Of a DNA stretch of 64,000 nt, positions 10,214-19,951 are shown piece by piece. The DNA lies in NCBI GenBank assembly GCA_964634215.1, contig CAZWKR010000007.1, forward strand, positions 35,244-99,243, written 5' to 3'. Both the position numbers and the translations under genes were made by a program. Below the pieces are notes generated by a model that saw nothing but the letters and a program-made list of their open reading frames with translations, made no database searches and was not told the DNA's origin. Numbering within the stretch: position 1 is the stretch's first letter; each line of letters begins with the position of its first letter. The DNA comes from an uncultured bacterium. GTDB lineage: Bacteria > Fidelibacterota > Marinisomatia > Marinisomatales > JAHJCW01.

Positions 10214-11530
10214 TTAAATAGTCTTCATTTTGTTCCATAATATTTGCGATTGCAATTGTGCGTTTTCTTTTATTTTTCTTTCTGGCGCAACAATAAATTT
10301 ACGGTTTTTTATGCGATATTTCCCACGAGTAATTACTTCATCAGGTGACTTTAATCCGAATAATATATGTCCTGCAAAATTATTTTTCGTTATTGCAGTT
10401 CGCGGATGATAATCAAATATTGCTAAATCTGCCTGATTGCCCGGTGATAGATGACCAATCTTACGTCCAAATGTCTGTGAAGCAATCTCCGGATTGTTTT
10501 TGAATAATAATGCCAAATAATTAATAGAGGAATTTCCACCTTGCAAATGAGAACTGCGTATTAATGTACCTTGCTGAGCTTCTTCCAGCATATTTGCATT
10601 CATTCCATCTGTACCAAGTCCGGCATTTAGCAATGATATATGATCATTAGACAACATTCCAACGCGATTGTTTGCATTTGAAGTTGGATTGTGCACCAAA
10701 GTTGATTCCGCATTTTTTAGTATTTCCATATCATCGTCAGATGAATGAATTCCATGAATGATAAAGCTATGTTCATTAATTAATTTAAATTTATTCAAAC
10801 GATCGATTACTGATTTATAACCATTTAATACTGCATCTTTTTCGTCAGATTTATCTTCAGCAACATGGATATGAATTCCCCAATTATCTAATCCACTCAA
10901 TATATTATAAATCGATTTTAATGATTCATCTGATAATGTGAAGGAAGCGTGTAATCCTAATAGCGGATAAACAAATGGATTGTCTTTAAAATTTTCAAAC
11001 GATTTAATATTTTCTGATAAACTGGATTTGAAAAATTCTTTACCGTTTCTATCGGTAATTTCAAATGCCATGGAAATATTTTGTCCAAATTCTTTGGCAG
11101 TATTAGCTAATAACTCTAATGATCCTTTGGTATAATTTGGACTTGAGTGGTGGTCAAATACTGTTGTTACACCGGATTTCAAACATTCCAATAATCCCGC
11201 TTCGAACGAAGCTTTAGTGGATTCTTCGTCTAACGCTAAATCCAATTTCCACCAAATCTCTTGTAATATTTCAGTAAAATTTGTTGGAGTATTTTTTGGG
11301 GCATGCATTCCCATTGCTAATGCAGAGTAAAGGTGTGTGTGCGCGTTTATCATTCCCGGTAAAACAGTTTTACTATTCAAATCAATAGTTTCATCAATTG
11401 CTATATTAGGTGCCAAACCGGCACCAATTTTTGTAATTGTTTCATCTTCAATTAGAATCCATCCGTTTTCGATGTATTCTAATTCTTCGAAAGGATCAAT
11501 TATTCGGGCATTTTTAAATAATTTATTCAT
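10214..11530 (-). CDS. ssnA: SsnA-like amidohydrolase
   Basis: PGMINAHTHLYSALA, ILQEIWWKLD, GVTTVFDHHSSP, GLHASFTLSD, HIHVAED, HNPTSNANN and GLGTDG motifs. Confidence 0.85.
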   Translation of the reverse strand: MNKLFKNARIIDPFEELEYIENGWILIEDETITKIGAGLAPNIAIDETIDLNSKTVLPGMINAHTHLYSALAMGMHAPKNTPTNFTEILQEIWWKLDLALDEESTKASFEAGLLECLKSGVTTVFDHHSSPNYTKGSLELLANTAKEFGQNISMAFEITDRNGKEFFKSSLSENIKSFENFKDNPFVYPLLGLHASFTLSDESLKSIYNILSGLDNWGIHIHVAEDKSDEKDAVLNGYKSVIDRLNKFKLINEHSFIIHGIHSSDDDMEILKNAESTLVHNPTSNANNRVGMLSNDHISLLNAGLGTDGMNANMLEEAQQGTLIRSSHLQGGNSSINYLALLFKNNPEIASQTFGRKIGHLSPGNQADLAIFDYHPRTAITKNNFAGHILFGLKSPDEVITRGKYRIKNRKFIVAPERKIKENAQLQSQILWNKMKTI

Positions 11531-11532
11531 AT

Positions 11533-13797
11533 TTATTTTATTTTTTCTAAAATTGTTTCAGGACTGATCGGAATCTCATTAATTGGTGTTCCAATTGCAT
11601 TGCTAACTGCGTTAGCAATCGCAGCAGCTGTTGGAATAATGGCCGGTTCGCCAATTCCTTTGGCACCCCACGGTCCAAGTGGTTCGGGGTCTTCAATGAT
11701 TATTGTTTCAATCTCACTAATATCCAGTGCAGTTGGTAGTAAATATGTGGATAAATTGTCAGATAGAACTTTACCATTATGCAATTTAAAGTTCTCTGTT
11801 AATGCATAGCCAATTCCCTGAGTAACACCGCCTTCAACCTGTGCTTCAATACCGGCAGGATTAATAGCTTTACCAACATCATGAGCCGCCCATACTTTTT
11901 CAACTTTAACTAATCCTGTTAACCTATCAACGCGCACTTCTGCGATATGTGTTGCGTAGGAATAAGTAAAATATGCTTCTCCTTGGCCGGTTTCTGCATC
12001 ATACTCAAGTTTAGGTGTATGCCACCAACCGTCCGTTGTTGAAACAGTATTATTTTTATATAAATAATCAATTAATTCATTAAAATCAACAGTTTCCTTT
12101 TTATCGATACTTTTAACAACATCATTCTCAATAATAATTGATTTGCTGTTACAATCCATAAGTTTTGAAGCAGCATTTTTTAAGATCGGCAGTATTTTTT
12201 CCGCTGCATTCCGAATTGCATTCCCAGTCATAACAACATTACGGCTAGCAACGGACGGACCGCTATCCGGTACATTTCGCGTATCAGTCGGAAGCACTGT
12301 AATTCGGTTCGGATCAATCCCCAATGCTTCTGCTGTCATCTGCGTCACGACGGTAATTGCACCTTGTCCCATGTCAATCAATCCGTATGCAACATTTATA
12401 CTACCATCTCGATTTAATTGTATATTTGCTCCGGCGCCATCCATATGCCAACCCGCAGCACCAAGACAATTACCATAATGGCTTGCGCCAATACCGATGC
12501 CATAAAGATAGCGTTCATTAATTTTTCCACTATTAATTTGGTTGGTCCATTGTGCAGCATCTGTCGTTTTTTCGATGGTTTCTTTAATCCCTACACTGAC
12601 AGATAATTTGTGATTAGTTGATGTAGTGCTTCCTGAATGCAAAACATTTTTTAAACGAAATTCTACAGAATCCATTCCGATTTTCGATGCAACAATGTCC
12701 ATCATTCTTTCATGACCAAAAGTCGCTTGCGGTGAACCGAAACCACGGAAAGCTCCGTTCGGTGGTAAATTTGTATAATACGATGTTGACTTAACATTAA
12801 TATTCGGAATAACATATGGTCCCATTGCTTGCATTGTGGAGCGATATGACACTACCGACGATAATGTCGCGTAACCACCGGCACTTTCTTCTAAATTAAT
12901 TTCTGCTGCTAAAAGTTTGCCGTCATCTGATACTCCAACTTTATAATGCATTTGAAATGGATGACGCTTACTTGAGAGTTGAATGTCATCATGGCGGTTA
13001 TAAATCATTTTTACCGGACGTTTTAGTGCCATTGCAGCTATAGCTGCCCGAGCAGCTAATTCTGATGGAATATCTTCTTTCCCGCCGAATCCACCTCCTG
13101 TTGGAGATTGAATAACCACCACTTTATCGATATCAATTCCCAGAACACCAGCAACAGCTTTCTGTATATAATATGGACATTGCAAAGAACCATGAATCTC
13201 TATTCCATCCGTTTTAGGAATAGCTATACAACCCTGTGGTTCAAGATAATAATGCTCCTGTGCTGGTGTTACAAAATCTGCTTCAATAATATGTTTTGCT
13301 TTCGCAAAACCATTTTTTATATCACCTTTTATTGACTGATGTTCACAAGCGATGTTATTATTATGTATAAAATTATTAGTTGCTGATTTACTCTTGTTTA
13401 TAGAAAGATATGGGTCATGTTCTTCATATTTTATAACAACTTTTTCAGCAATTAATTTTGCAACTAATTCAGTTTCGGCAACGGCGATTCCAATTGAATC
13501 ACCAATAAAGCGCACAATCTTTTCAGCAAATAGAGGTTGATCTTTTTGAATGACACCTATTTGATTCTCATTTGGGACATCATTAGCAAAATAGGTTCCG
13601 CAATAACCTGATATTTTTTTTGCTTCGGAAATTTCTATTGTTTTAATTTTACCAAACGGAATCTGTGAATAAATGGGATGGCCGTAAACCATATTATCAA
13701 CATTAATATCAGTAATAAATTTTGTTTTTCCGGTGGTTTTGTCTGGTCCGTCCGGGCGTTTGTAGGATTTTCCGATAAAATTAGTGGATGACATCAT
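11533..13797 (-). CDS. Xanthine dehydrogenase-family molybdopterin-binding subunit
   Basis: QEHYYLEP, GGGFGGKED, AFRGFGSPQ, MGQG, SVASR, HDVGKAINP and GAKGIGEP motifs. Confidence 0.93.
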   Translation of the reverse strand: MMSSTNFIGKSYKRPDGPDKTTGKTKFITDINVDNMVYGHPIYSQIPFGKIKTIEISEAKKISGYCGTYFANDVPNENQIGVIQKDQPLFAEKIVRFIGDSIGIAVAETELVAKLIAEKVVIKYEEHDPYLSINKSKSATNNFIHNNNIACEHQSIKGDIKNGFAKAKHIIEADFVTPAQEHYYLEPQGCIAIPKTDGIEIHGSLQCPYYIQKAVAGVLGIDIDKVVVIQSPTGGGFGGKEDIPSELAARAAIAAMALKRPVKMIYNRHDDIQLSSKRHPFQMHYKVGVSDDGKLLAAEINLEESAGGYATLSSVVSYRSTMQAMGPYVIPNINVKSTSYYTNLPPNGAFRGFGSPQATFGHERMMDIVASKIGMDSVEFRLKNVLHSGSTTSTNHKLSVSVGIKETIEKTTDAAQWTNQINSGKINERYLYGIGIGASHYGNCLGAAGWHMDGAGANIQLNRDGSINVAYGLIDMGQGAITVVTQMTAEALGIDPNRITVLPTDTRNVPDSGPSVASRNVVMTGNAIRNAAEKILPILKNAASKLMDCNSKSIIIENDVVKSIDKKETVDFNELIDYLYKNNTVSTTDGWWHTPKLEYDAETGQGEAYFTYSYATHIAEVRVDRLTGLVKVEKVWAAHDVGKAINPAGIEAQVEGGVTQGIGYALTENFKLHNGKVLSDNLSTYLLPTALDISEIETIIIEDPEPLGPWGAKGIGEPAIIPTAAAIANAVSNAIGTPINEIPISPETILEKIK

Positions 13798-13992
13798 GTA
13801 TTTTACTTCTTTTTAAGGAAATCTTTCAATGTTTACAATAGAGGTATTAACCATGGGACACGAAGATGCAGAGAAAATTATCTTAATATGAATGCATAAA
13901 CATAGGTACACTGACGAAACACAAAGTGTTGAGAAAATAATATTAAATAAATTCATTACTAATGTTTGTATTGACAAATTGTAACTTAGAAT

Positions 13993-14733
13993 ATGCAATT
14001 CTACCAATTAATATCAAATAAAATTGATGAAGCAAAGGGCAGTTGCATTGCGTTGCTAGGTGGTGGTGGAAAAACCGCTTTATTGCACAAATTAGCTAAT
14101 GAAATTGCAATATATTATCCGTCAGTATTAAAAACGTCATTAACAAAAACTGCCTTTCACTCATCAGATGGTCCGCTGATATTAAATGAAATAGATATTG
14201 CTAAATTGAATTCTGTAAAACTTAAAAATAATCCAATATTCATTATCGGTGAAAAAATCAATGATGAAAAACTAAAAGGTATATCCGACTATGACTTAGA
14301 TAAGATTAGACATCAGTTCGATATAACAATTTTTGAATGTGACGGAGCGCGCAACAAACCGTTTAAGGCACATACCGATTATGATCCACATGCCCCGGGT
14401 TTTACAACACATGTAATAATAATTATAGGTGCGGATGTTATTAATACTAAAGTTAGTGATGGCCTGGTTCACAGACCGGAACTTTTTTGCAAAGTTTGGA
14501 ATGTGAAGCCGGATTATTTATTAGATATTGATTTTATTGTAAATGTAATATCATCGAAAAAAGGATATCTTTCCAAGGTACGGGATAGTATGGATATTGT
14601 TTACTTTATAAATAAGTGGGATGATCATAAGAGAAATGCTGAAGATCTGGCAAAAGCTATTTATCAAAAAACTAGAAAACCTGCTTTTTACGGTAGCGTT
14701 CAACAAAATGTACTAAATAAGCTGAATATCTGA
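13993..14733 (+). CDS. yqeC: YqeC selenium-dependent molybdenum hydroxylase accessory protein
   Basis: GGGGKT P-loop-like motif, ECDGARNKPFKA and VHRPELF; adjacent to mocA and yqeB. Confidence 0.85.
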   Translation: MQFYQLISNKIDEAKGSCIALLGGGGKTALLHKLANEIAIYYPSVLKTSLTKTAFHSSDGPLILNEIDIAKLNSVKLKNNPIFIIGEKINDEKLKGISDYDLDKIRHQFDITIFECDGARNKPFKAHTDYDPHAPGFTTHVIIIIGADVINTKVSDGLVHRPELFCKVWNVKPDYLLDIDFIVNVISSKKGYLSKVRDSMDIVYFINKWDDHKRNAEDLAKAIYQKTRKPAFYGSVQQNVLNKLNI

Positions 14734-15308
14734 TGAAGATTTGCATGATTATAACTGCGGCGGGAATGTCAAATAGGCAAAAAATGAATAAGTTACTTAT
14801 TCGTTCATGTAATGAGACAATAATTGAAAAAACGATAAATAATTTTCTAAATCATGATTTAGATATTTTTGTTATTATTGGATATCAAAAGGAGTTAATT
14901 GTACCTATTATAAGAGATCGTTTTAGAAATGATATCCATATTATTGAAAATATAGATTATAAAAGTGGAATTGCGTCTTCGTTAAAAGTGGGAATTTCAG
15001 CAGTTGGCGAGAGCTACGATTATTTCGGATTTTGCAATGGGGATAAACCATTTATAAAAGCTAAGACAGTTAAAATATTATTACATTACTTACTAGAAAA
15101 TAAGCCTCCAATATTGGTACCTTTATACCAGGAAATAAGTGGGCACCCAACTATATTTTCAAAAGACTATATTAAAGATTTTAGTTTGCTTTCCGGTGAC
15201 ACAGGTGGGCGAAAAGTAATCAAGAGTTATCCTGATAAAGTAACCTATTTGCCGATTAATGATGAGGGTATTATTTTGGATATGGACAAATATTTACAAA
15301 ATGAATGA
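14733..15308 (+). CDS. mocA: Molybdenum cofactor cytidylyltransferase (MocA/YgfJ family)
   Basis: AAGMSNR..NKLL, GIASSLK, GDKPF, GHPTIF, GDTGGR and DMD motifs. Confidence 0.85.
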   Translation: MKICMIITAAGMSNRQKMNKLLIRSCNETIIEKTINNFLNHDLDIFVIIGYQKELIVPIIRDRFRNDIHIIENIDYKSGIASSLKVGISAVGESYDYFGFCNGDKPFIKAKTVKILLHYLLENKPPILVPLYQEISGHPTIFSKDYIKDFSLLSGDTGGRKVIKSYPDKVTYLPINDEGIILDMDKYLQNE

Positions 15309-16098
15309 ATTAAAGCAATATACCATCTTAATTCGTGGTGCTGGGGAAATGGCAAGTGCAGTTGCAGTTGTTTTACATCGCGTCGGATTTACAGTAATTA
15401 TGACCGAGCTGTCGATTCCACTTGCTATACGTCGCACTGTTAGCTTTAGTGATGCAATTTTAAATGGAACTGCAGAAGTAGAAGGTATACAATCATTTCA
15501 AGCGGACTATAGTAATTATAGAGATATAGTAAGGAACGGAAATATACCGGTTTTAATCGATTCCATTGAATTAATTAATAGGATTAAACCGATATTTTAT
15601 GTGGATGCAAGGCTACTAAAACACACAGTTAAAAATCGCCGTTCATTGGCGCAATTTATTATAGGATTAGGTCCTGGTTTTACAGTTGGAGAGAATTGTA
15701 ATGTTATCATCGAAACTATGCGTGGACATAATCTTGGAAAAGTGATTTGGAAAGGACGTGCTTCACCAAATACGGGTGTACCGGGTAAAATTGGTGGCGA
15801 AAGTGCAAAGAGAGTTGTGTATTCACTCGGTATTGGAAGCATAACTTGGATAAGCGATTTTGGTGATATTGTTGAACAAAATCAAGTCTTAGGAAAGATT
15901 GGAGAAATTGAGATAAAATCGCATATCAGTGGAATAGTTCGTGGATTAATTTCGCATAAAGTTAATTTAATAAAAGGAATGAAAATAGCGGATGTTGATC
16001 CGCGTGGAATAAAAGTAGATTATACTACAGTTTCCGATAAAGCACGCTGTGTTGGACGCGGTGTTTTAGAAGCGCTCATGATTCATTTAAATCAATAG
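15301..16098 (+). CDS. yqeB: YqeB (EF2563-family) selenium-dependent molybdenum hydroxylase system protein
   Basis: IRGAGEMASAVA, AIRRTVSF, IGLGPGF, ETMRGHNLG, NTGVPG, KIADVDPR and SDKAR motifs. Start moved to ATG 15301, overlapping the mocA end. Confidence 0.9.
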   Translation: MNELKQYTILIRGAGEMASAVAVVLHRVGFTVIMTELSIPLAIRRTVSFSDAILNGTAEVEGIQSFQADYSNYRDIVRNGNIPVLIDSIELINRIKPIFYVDARLLKHTVKNRRSLAQFIIGLGPGFTVGENCNVIIETMRGHNLGKVIWKGRASPNTGVPGKIGGESAKRVVYSLGIGSITWISDFGDIVEQNQVLGKIGEIEIKSHISGIVRGLISHKVNLIKGMKIADVDPRGIKVDYTTVSDKARCVGRGVLEALMIHLNQ

Positions 16099-16103
16099 TA
16101 AAT

Positions 16104-17144
16104 ATGGAAATACGTACATTAGAAAAAATTATCAACTTTGATATTTCAAGGGAAGCTGCACTGTGCATACAAGTTGAGTGGCGTGGTTCTGTGCCGCGTA
16201 AAGATTATCCAATGATGTTAGCTGATGAAAATGGAGAAATAATTGGGACGATAGGCGGCGGTGCTTTGGAACATTCAGTGATTGAATTATCAAAGGAGAT
16301 TATCAAAACTGATAGACCGGTAGTTAAAACATTTGATCTGACAAATGAGGATGTAAATAAATCTGCAAGTATTTGCGGTGGTAAAACTACCATATTAATT
16401 GAACCGTATTCAGAAGAAATTAGGAATCTATTAAAATCAATTATTATAGATATAGCTATTAATAACAATATATTAGTTACAAAAATATCGTCACGCAATG
16501 ACTTGAAAATTGAACGGACAAAAATAACAAAAGATTATCAATTAACTTTTCCTAAAAAAATATTCAGCACAATTGAAAATGTCATAGAGCAGAAGAATTC
16601 AAAATCTATCAATTATAATGATGAACTGTATTTAATACAATATATCGGTAATCGACCTATATTGCACATTTTTGGTGCTGGTCATGTTGGAAAAGCAGTT
16701 GCGGATTTAGCTCATTTTGTTGAACTTGATACCAAAATTTATGATGAACGTAAAGAAATGGCAAATAATGATCGTTTCCCATTTGCTCTGCAAATTAATG
16801 ATAATGAGATATCGGAAATAATTAATAAAACGAATATCGCTCAATCCGATTACGTTCTAGTGGCAACACGTGGGCATCAACACGATTTTGAATTAATGCA
16901 CTGGCTGCTTAATCGAAAAATTGATTTTCTCAGTTTGATGAGTAGTAAAAAGAAATGGCAATTACTATCGGAAGCACTTATTAAAGATGGCTTTAGCAAG
17001 GAACAAATAAATTTAGTACATTCACCGGTTGGGCTCGATATTGGTAGTGAAACAGTGCCGGAAATTGCGGTTAGTATTATTTCAGAAATTGTAAATCATT
17101 ATCGTAATAGTATAAAGTCAACAATCTCGCTCTCAGAAAAATGA
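16104..17144 (+). CDS. xdhC: XdhC/CoxI-family molybdoenzyme maturation factor
   Basis: GSVPRK, GTIGGGALE, ICGG, FGAGHVG, TRGHQHD and SPVGLDIGSETVPEIAVSI motifs. Confidence 0.9.
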   Translation: MEIRTLEKIINFDISREAALCIQVEWRGSVPRKDYPMMLADENGEIIGTIGGGALEHSVIELSKEIIKTDRPVVKTFDLTNEDVNKSASICGGKTTILIEPYSEEIRNLLKSIIIDIAINNNILVTKISSRNDLKIERTKITKDYQLTFPKKIFSTIENVIEQKNSKSINYNDELYLIQYIGNRPILHIFGAGHVGKAVADLAHFVELDTKIYDERKEMANNDRFPFALQINDNEISEIINKTNIAQSDYVLVATRGHQHDFELMHWLLNRKIDFLSLMSSKKKWQLLSEALIKDGFSKEQINLVHSPVGLDIGSETVPEIAVSIISEIVNHYRNSIKSTISLSEK

Positions 17145-17182
17145 TCTATTAGGTGAGTATGAATAACTAAATTATTTATTTG

Positions 17183-17701
17183 TTATGGATTTGTATTATT
17201 ATTTACAAATATTTGATTCAGTATCTCTTCTGAAATAGTCTCAATTTTATTCATCCTTGAAGCAGAAGAAATTGCATCTACAGAAATATTGCTAGGTTTC
17301 CATCGACCGTCACCCGCTGTAGCGAATAGGACGACAGGATTAACATTTTTTAATTGATTCATAAATTGAATGACTGTTGAATTTAATTTATCAGCTATAC
17401 AAGTATTAATAATGATAATTGATTGCCACTGACTTTCTTCAATTTCATTTAAATGAGATACATCGATTATTTTTATATATGTAGAATCACTTTTTAGCTT
17501 TTTGATAATATCTGATACCAATGCATTTTTAAAGCTGCTACCTTGTGATGCAATTAGTATTCTATTATTTAATTCAGGACTATTTATTGCGAATGAATCT
17601 ATTTTTCGAGGATAATGCTTATAGGCATAAGTTGAAAAACCCATTAACATTAACACGATGATACATAAAAATAATATTCCTGTTACTTTTAGAATTTTCA
17701 T
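17183..17701 (-). CDS. Hypothetical exported protein, possibly flavodoxin-like fold
   Basis: 172-aa ORF with an N-terminal hydrophobic anchor and an alpha/beta pattern (ILIASQGSSFK); overlaps the stop of the upstream esterase. Confidence 0.6.
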   Translation of the reverse strand: MKILKVTGILFLCIIVLMLMGFSTYAYKHYPRKIDSFAINSPELNNRILIASQGSSFKNALVSDIIKKLKSDSTYIKIIDVSHLNEIEESQWQSIIIINTCIADKLNSTVIQFMNQLKNVNPVVLFATAGDGRWKPSNISVDAISSASRMNKIETISEEILNQIFVNNNTNP

Positions 17702-18855
17702 TCAGATGTTTTTAATCGTTCAACATTATTTCTAAAGGCAAGCAAATTAGGATCATTGGTTTCTTCTGCAATTGATACTGCATTTATATAATTATTAAGT
17801 GCTTTTTTCTTCTTGCCTATTTTATCAAAACCGTCACCTAAACTATCGTAAACATTAGCAGATTTCGGATATAATTCAACATTATATTCGAACACTTCAA
17901 TAGCTTTTTTATTTTCATCAGCCTGCAATAACTGATATCCGATAATATTTAATGTTGCTTCTGTTATTGGCGTAGTGAAGCCATATTTGTTTTGTCTGTT
18001 TTGAAAATGAGCCTTAATTGCAACAATACCTTCCATTGCAATATTGTTGGTCAATTGCCAATCAGAGAAAATATAGCTAAGTCCGTCAGCAATAGTTCTA
18101 AAGGGGATTGAACCATGATCTTCATCCTCATATTTTTCTAATATCCAACTTATTCCAGATTCTTTGACTGACAAGTGTGAGGTGAATCTATCCAAACTAT
18201 TATAATATGCAGGTTCATTACCAATTGACATGTACAATTGATTCTTAAGGTTGGGTTGGGTAAGTAGTGCTTCTTCGGCCTTTTTAATTACATATTCATC
18301 GCTCATCATCAAATAGGGACTTGCAGAAATGTAAGCATTAAATAAATTCGGATTTGTGAATAAAGTGTAAGCTGAAAACATCCCACATAATGAGTGTCCA
18401 AATAATACTTTAAAATCTTGCGTTCGATATGTGTTATCTACGAAATATAATAATTCTTCATCTAGAAAATTTATAAAGTTGTCTGCTCCACCTGAATTTT
18501 GCATTCTTTCATCGACAATAGGTGTAAAATCGCGATTTCTTGCTACATTTGGAATCCCAACTACTATAGTTCTTGGAATACGTTGATTACGGGCTAAAAA
18601 ATTTACAATTGCGGTTGCTATAAAGAAGTTTGTTTCACCATCCAATATATACAATACTGGATAACTTTCCTTTGATTGTTTATATCCTTCAGGAGTATAA
18701 ACAAATATTTCGCGTGATTCATTTAAAATTTGTGAATCAATTGATATTGTTTGGCCAAGAACAATATTGTCTATTGCAACTTGTCCAAGACAGAAAGATG
18801 AAATAACTAATAAAATTAAAATTATTATTGGGATACGTTTGTGTTTAATATTCAT
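17698..18855 (-). CDS. Exported alpha/beta-hydrolase (IroE/Fes-like esterase) with C-terminal TPR
   Basis: Signal peptide; YPVLYILDG, RNRDFTP, GHSLCG nucleophile elbow and EDHGS; TPR ..NVELYPKSANVYDSLG..; GGAG RBS. Confidence 0.85.
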   Translation of the reverse strand: MNIKHKRIPIIILILLVISSFCLGQVAIDNIVLGQTISIDSQILNESREIFVYTPEGYKQSKESYPVLYILDGETNFFIATAIVNFLARNQRIPRTIVVGIPNVARNRDFTPIVDERMQNSGGADNFINFLDEELLYFVDNTYRTQDFKVLFGHSLCGMFSAYTLFTNPNLFNAYISASPYLMMSDEYVIKKAEEALLTQPNLKNQLYMSIGNEPAYYNSLDRFTSHLSVKESGISWILEKYEDEDHGSIPFRTIADGLSYIFSDWQLTNNIAMEGIVAIKAHFQNRQNKYGFTTPITEATLNIIGYQLLQADENKKAIEVFEYNVELYPKSANVYDSLGDGFDKIGKKKKALNNYINAVSIAEETNDPNLLAFRNNVERLKTSE

Positions 18856-19075
18856 TCTACTAACTCCTTTTAATAATTTTCAAATTATTTTATACACTAG
18901 ATAAGAACTATTTAGGAATTAGACCATTTACTCTGACAATGGTTGTCATTTTAATAACTAATGGTATTTATGAAGATTTAATGGAATACTAGTTTCAACT
19001 ACCGATTGGAACGTCAGTAAGATGGTTTGAGCGTTTTTAAAAAAATAAGTGTTCAATCGTGAAGAACTGATTGAA

Positions 19076-19840
19076 TTAATCACCAAATATTCTTCGTGAA
19101 ATAAAACTAAATACTCGTTTAAAATACTGTATTATTGTCGTTTTTAAGAAATAATGACCATTTACAAGTCTATTTTTTTTGCTATACGGAAATTTAAAAC
19201 ACTTACTTAACCTGCCTTCAGCGGCTAAAGTACCAGTTATACCATGTGTAAAATATGGATGGGCTATAATGGTTACGCCAGGTGTATTTTTTAAGTACAA
19301 TGCACGATGGTGATCCCATTTATTAAATCGTGAAACGTGATTGTAATATTTAGTAACTCCATTCCATTTTGCTAAAACATATTTTAAGTCATAATATTCT
19401 TTAACATTATCTGGTAGTTTATCTAGTTCACTAATTAAGCGTGCCATTGTTTTTAGAGAAGGGTCACCCATATTTTTGCACGCTTCTGCTGTTAAATAAG
19501 GATAAGTAGAAAACGCCACTACATAATTTGCTTTTAGTAGATGACCGAAAAGCATCGCAGTATATGCTCCGCCGGATGTTCCGGTTATAGTCAACTGTTC
19601 TGGAGAGTATTTTGCAACTTCTTCTTTTAGATATTGAATTAAATCGAAAAAAGTAGGGAATTCGGGCTGGAGACCACCTAATGTTTTATGTTTTGTGGGA
19701 TCCATTACGATTATCTTAGATGTTTCAGCTAATCCTGCTGCTTTGAAAAAAACTTCAACAGGTAAACCTAATTTATTAGCAAAACCAGTGGCGGCAATGA
19801 CTAAGGTTTTAGAGCCTGTTATTTCTTTGGTAATTGACAT
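19076..19840 (-). CDS. Hypothetical alpha/beta-hydrolase-fold protein
   Basis: 254-aa ORF with a GTSGGAY nucleophile elbow and a late His (THG). Confidence 0.6.
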   Translation of the reverse strand: MSITKEITGSKTLVIAATGFANKLGLPVEVFFKAAGLAETSKIIVMDPTKHKTLGGLQPEFPTFFDLIQYLKEEVAKYSPEQLTITGTSGGAYTAMLFGHLLKANYVVAFSTYPYLTAEACKNMGDPSLKTMARLISELDKLPDNVKEYYDLKYVLAKWNGVTKYYNHVSRFNKWDHHRALYLKNTPGVTIIAHPYFTHGITGTLAAEGRLSKCFKFPYSKKNRLVNGHYFLKTTIIQYFKRVFSFISRRIFGD

Positions 19841-19951
19841 TGAGTAGTTTGAAGAAGTTGACTATTTAATAAATATAATTATTCTGTTAAAATGTTTATC
19901 TTGATTCTCGGACTGTTCTTTATTCTTGATAAAGGGTTGAATTGTGGTAGG

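Noticed and set aside
1108-13540. Many 60-135-aa plus-strand ORFs in the track
   Set aside because: They are antisense shadows of well-supported minus-strand genes. The same applies to similar short ORFs overlapping other genes throughout the window.
13798-13992. Purine or Moco riboswitch ahead of the xdh operon; 64-aa ORF 13813-14007
   Set aside because: I could not find the purine riboswitch core motifs or a convincing structure by eye. The ORF is low-information and fills a divergent promoter region.
664-17144. Selenocysteine (in-frame UGA) recoding in the selenium-linked cluster
   Set aside because: All ORFs appear full-length with no internal TGA splitting a domain. The yqeB/yqeC system uses a labile Se cofactor, not Sec.
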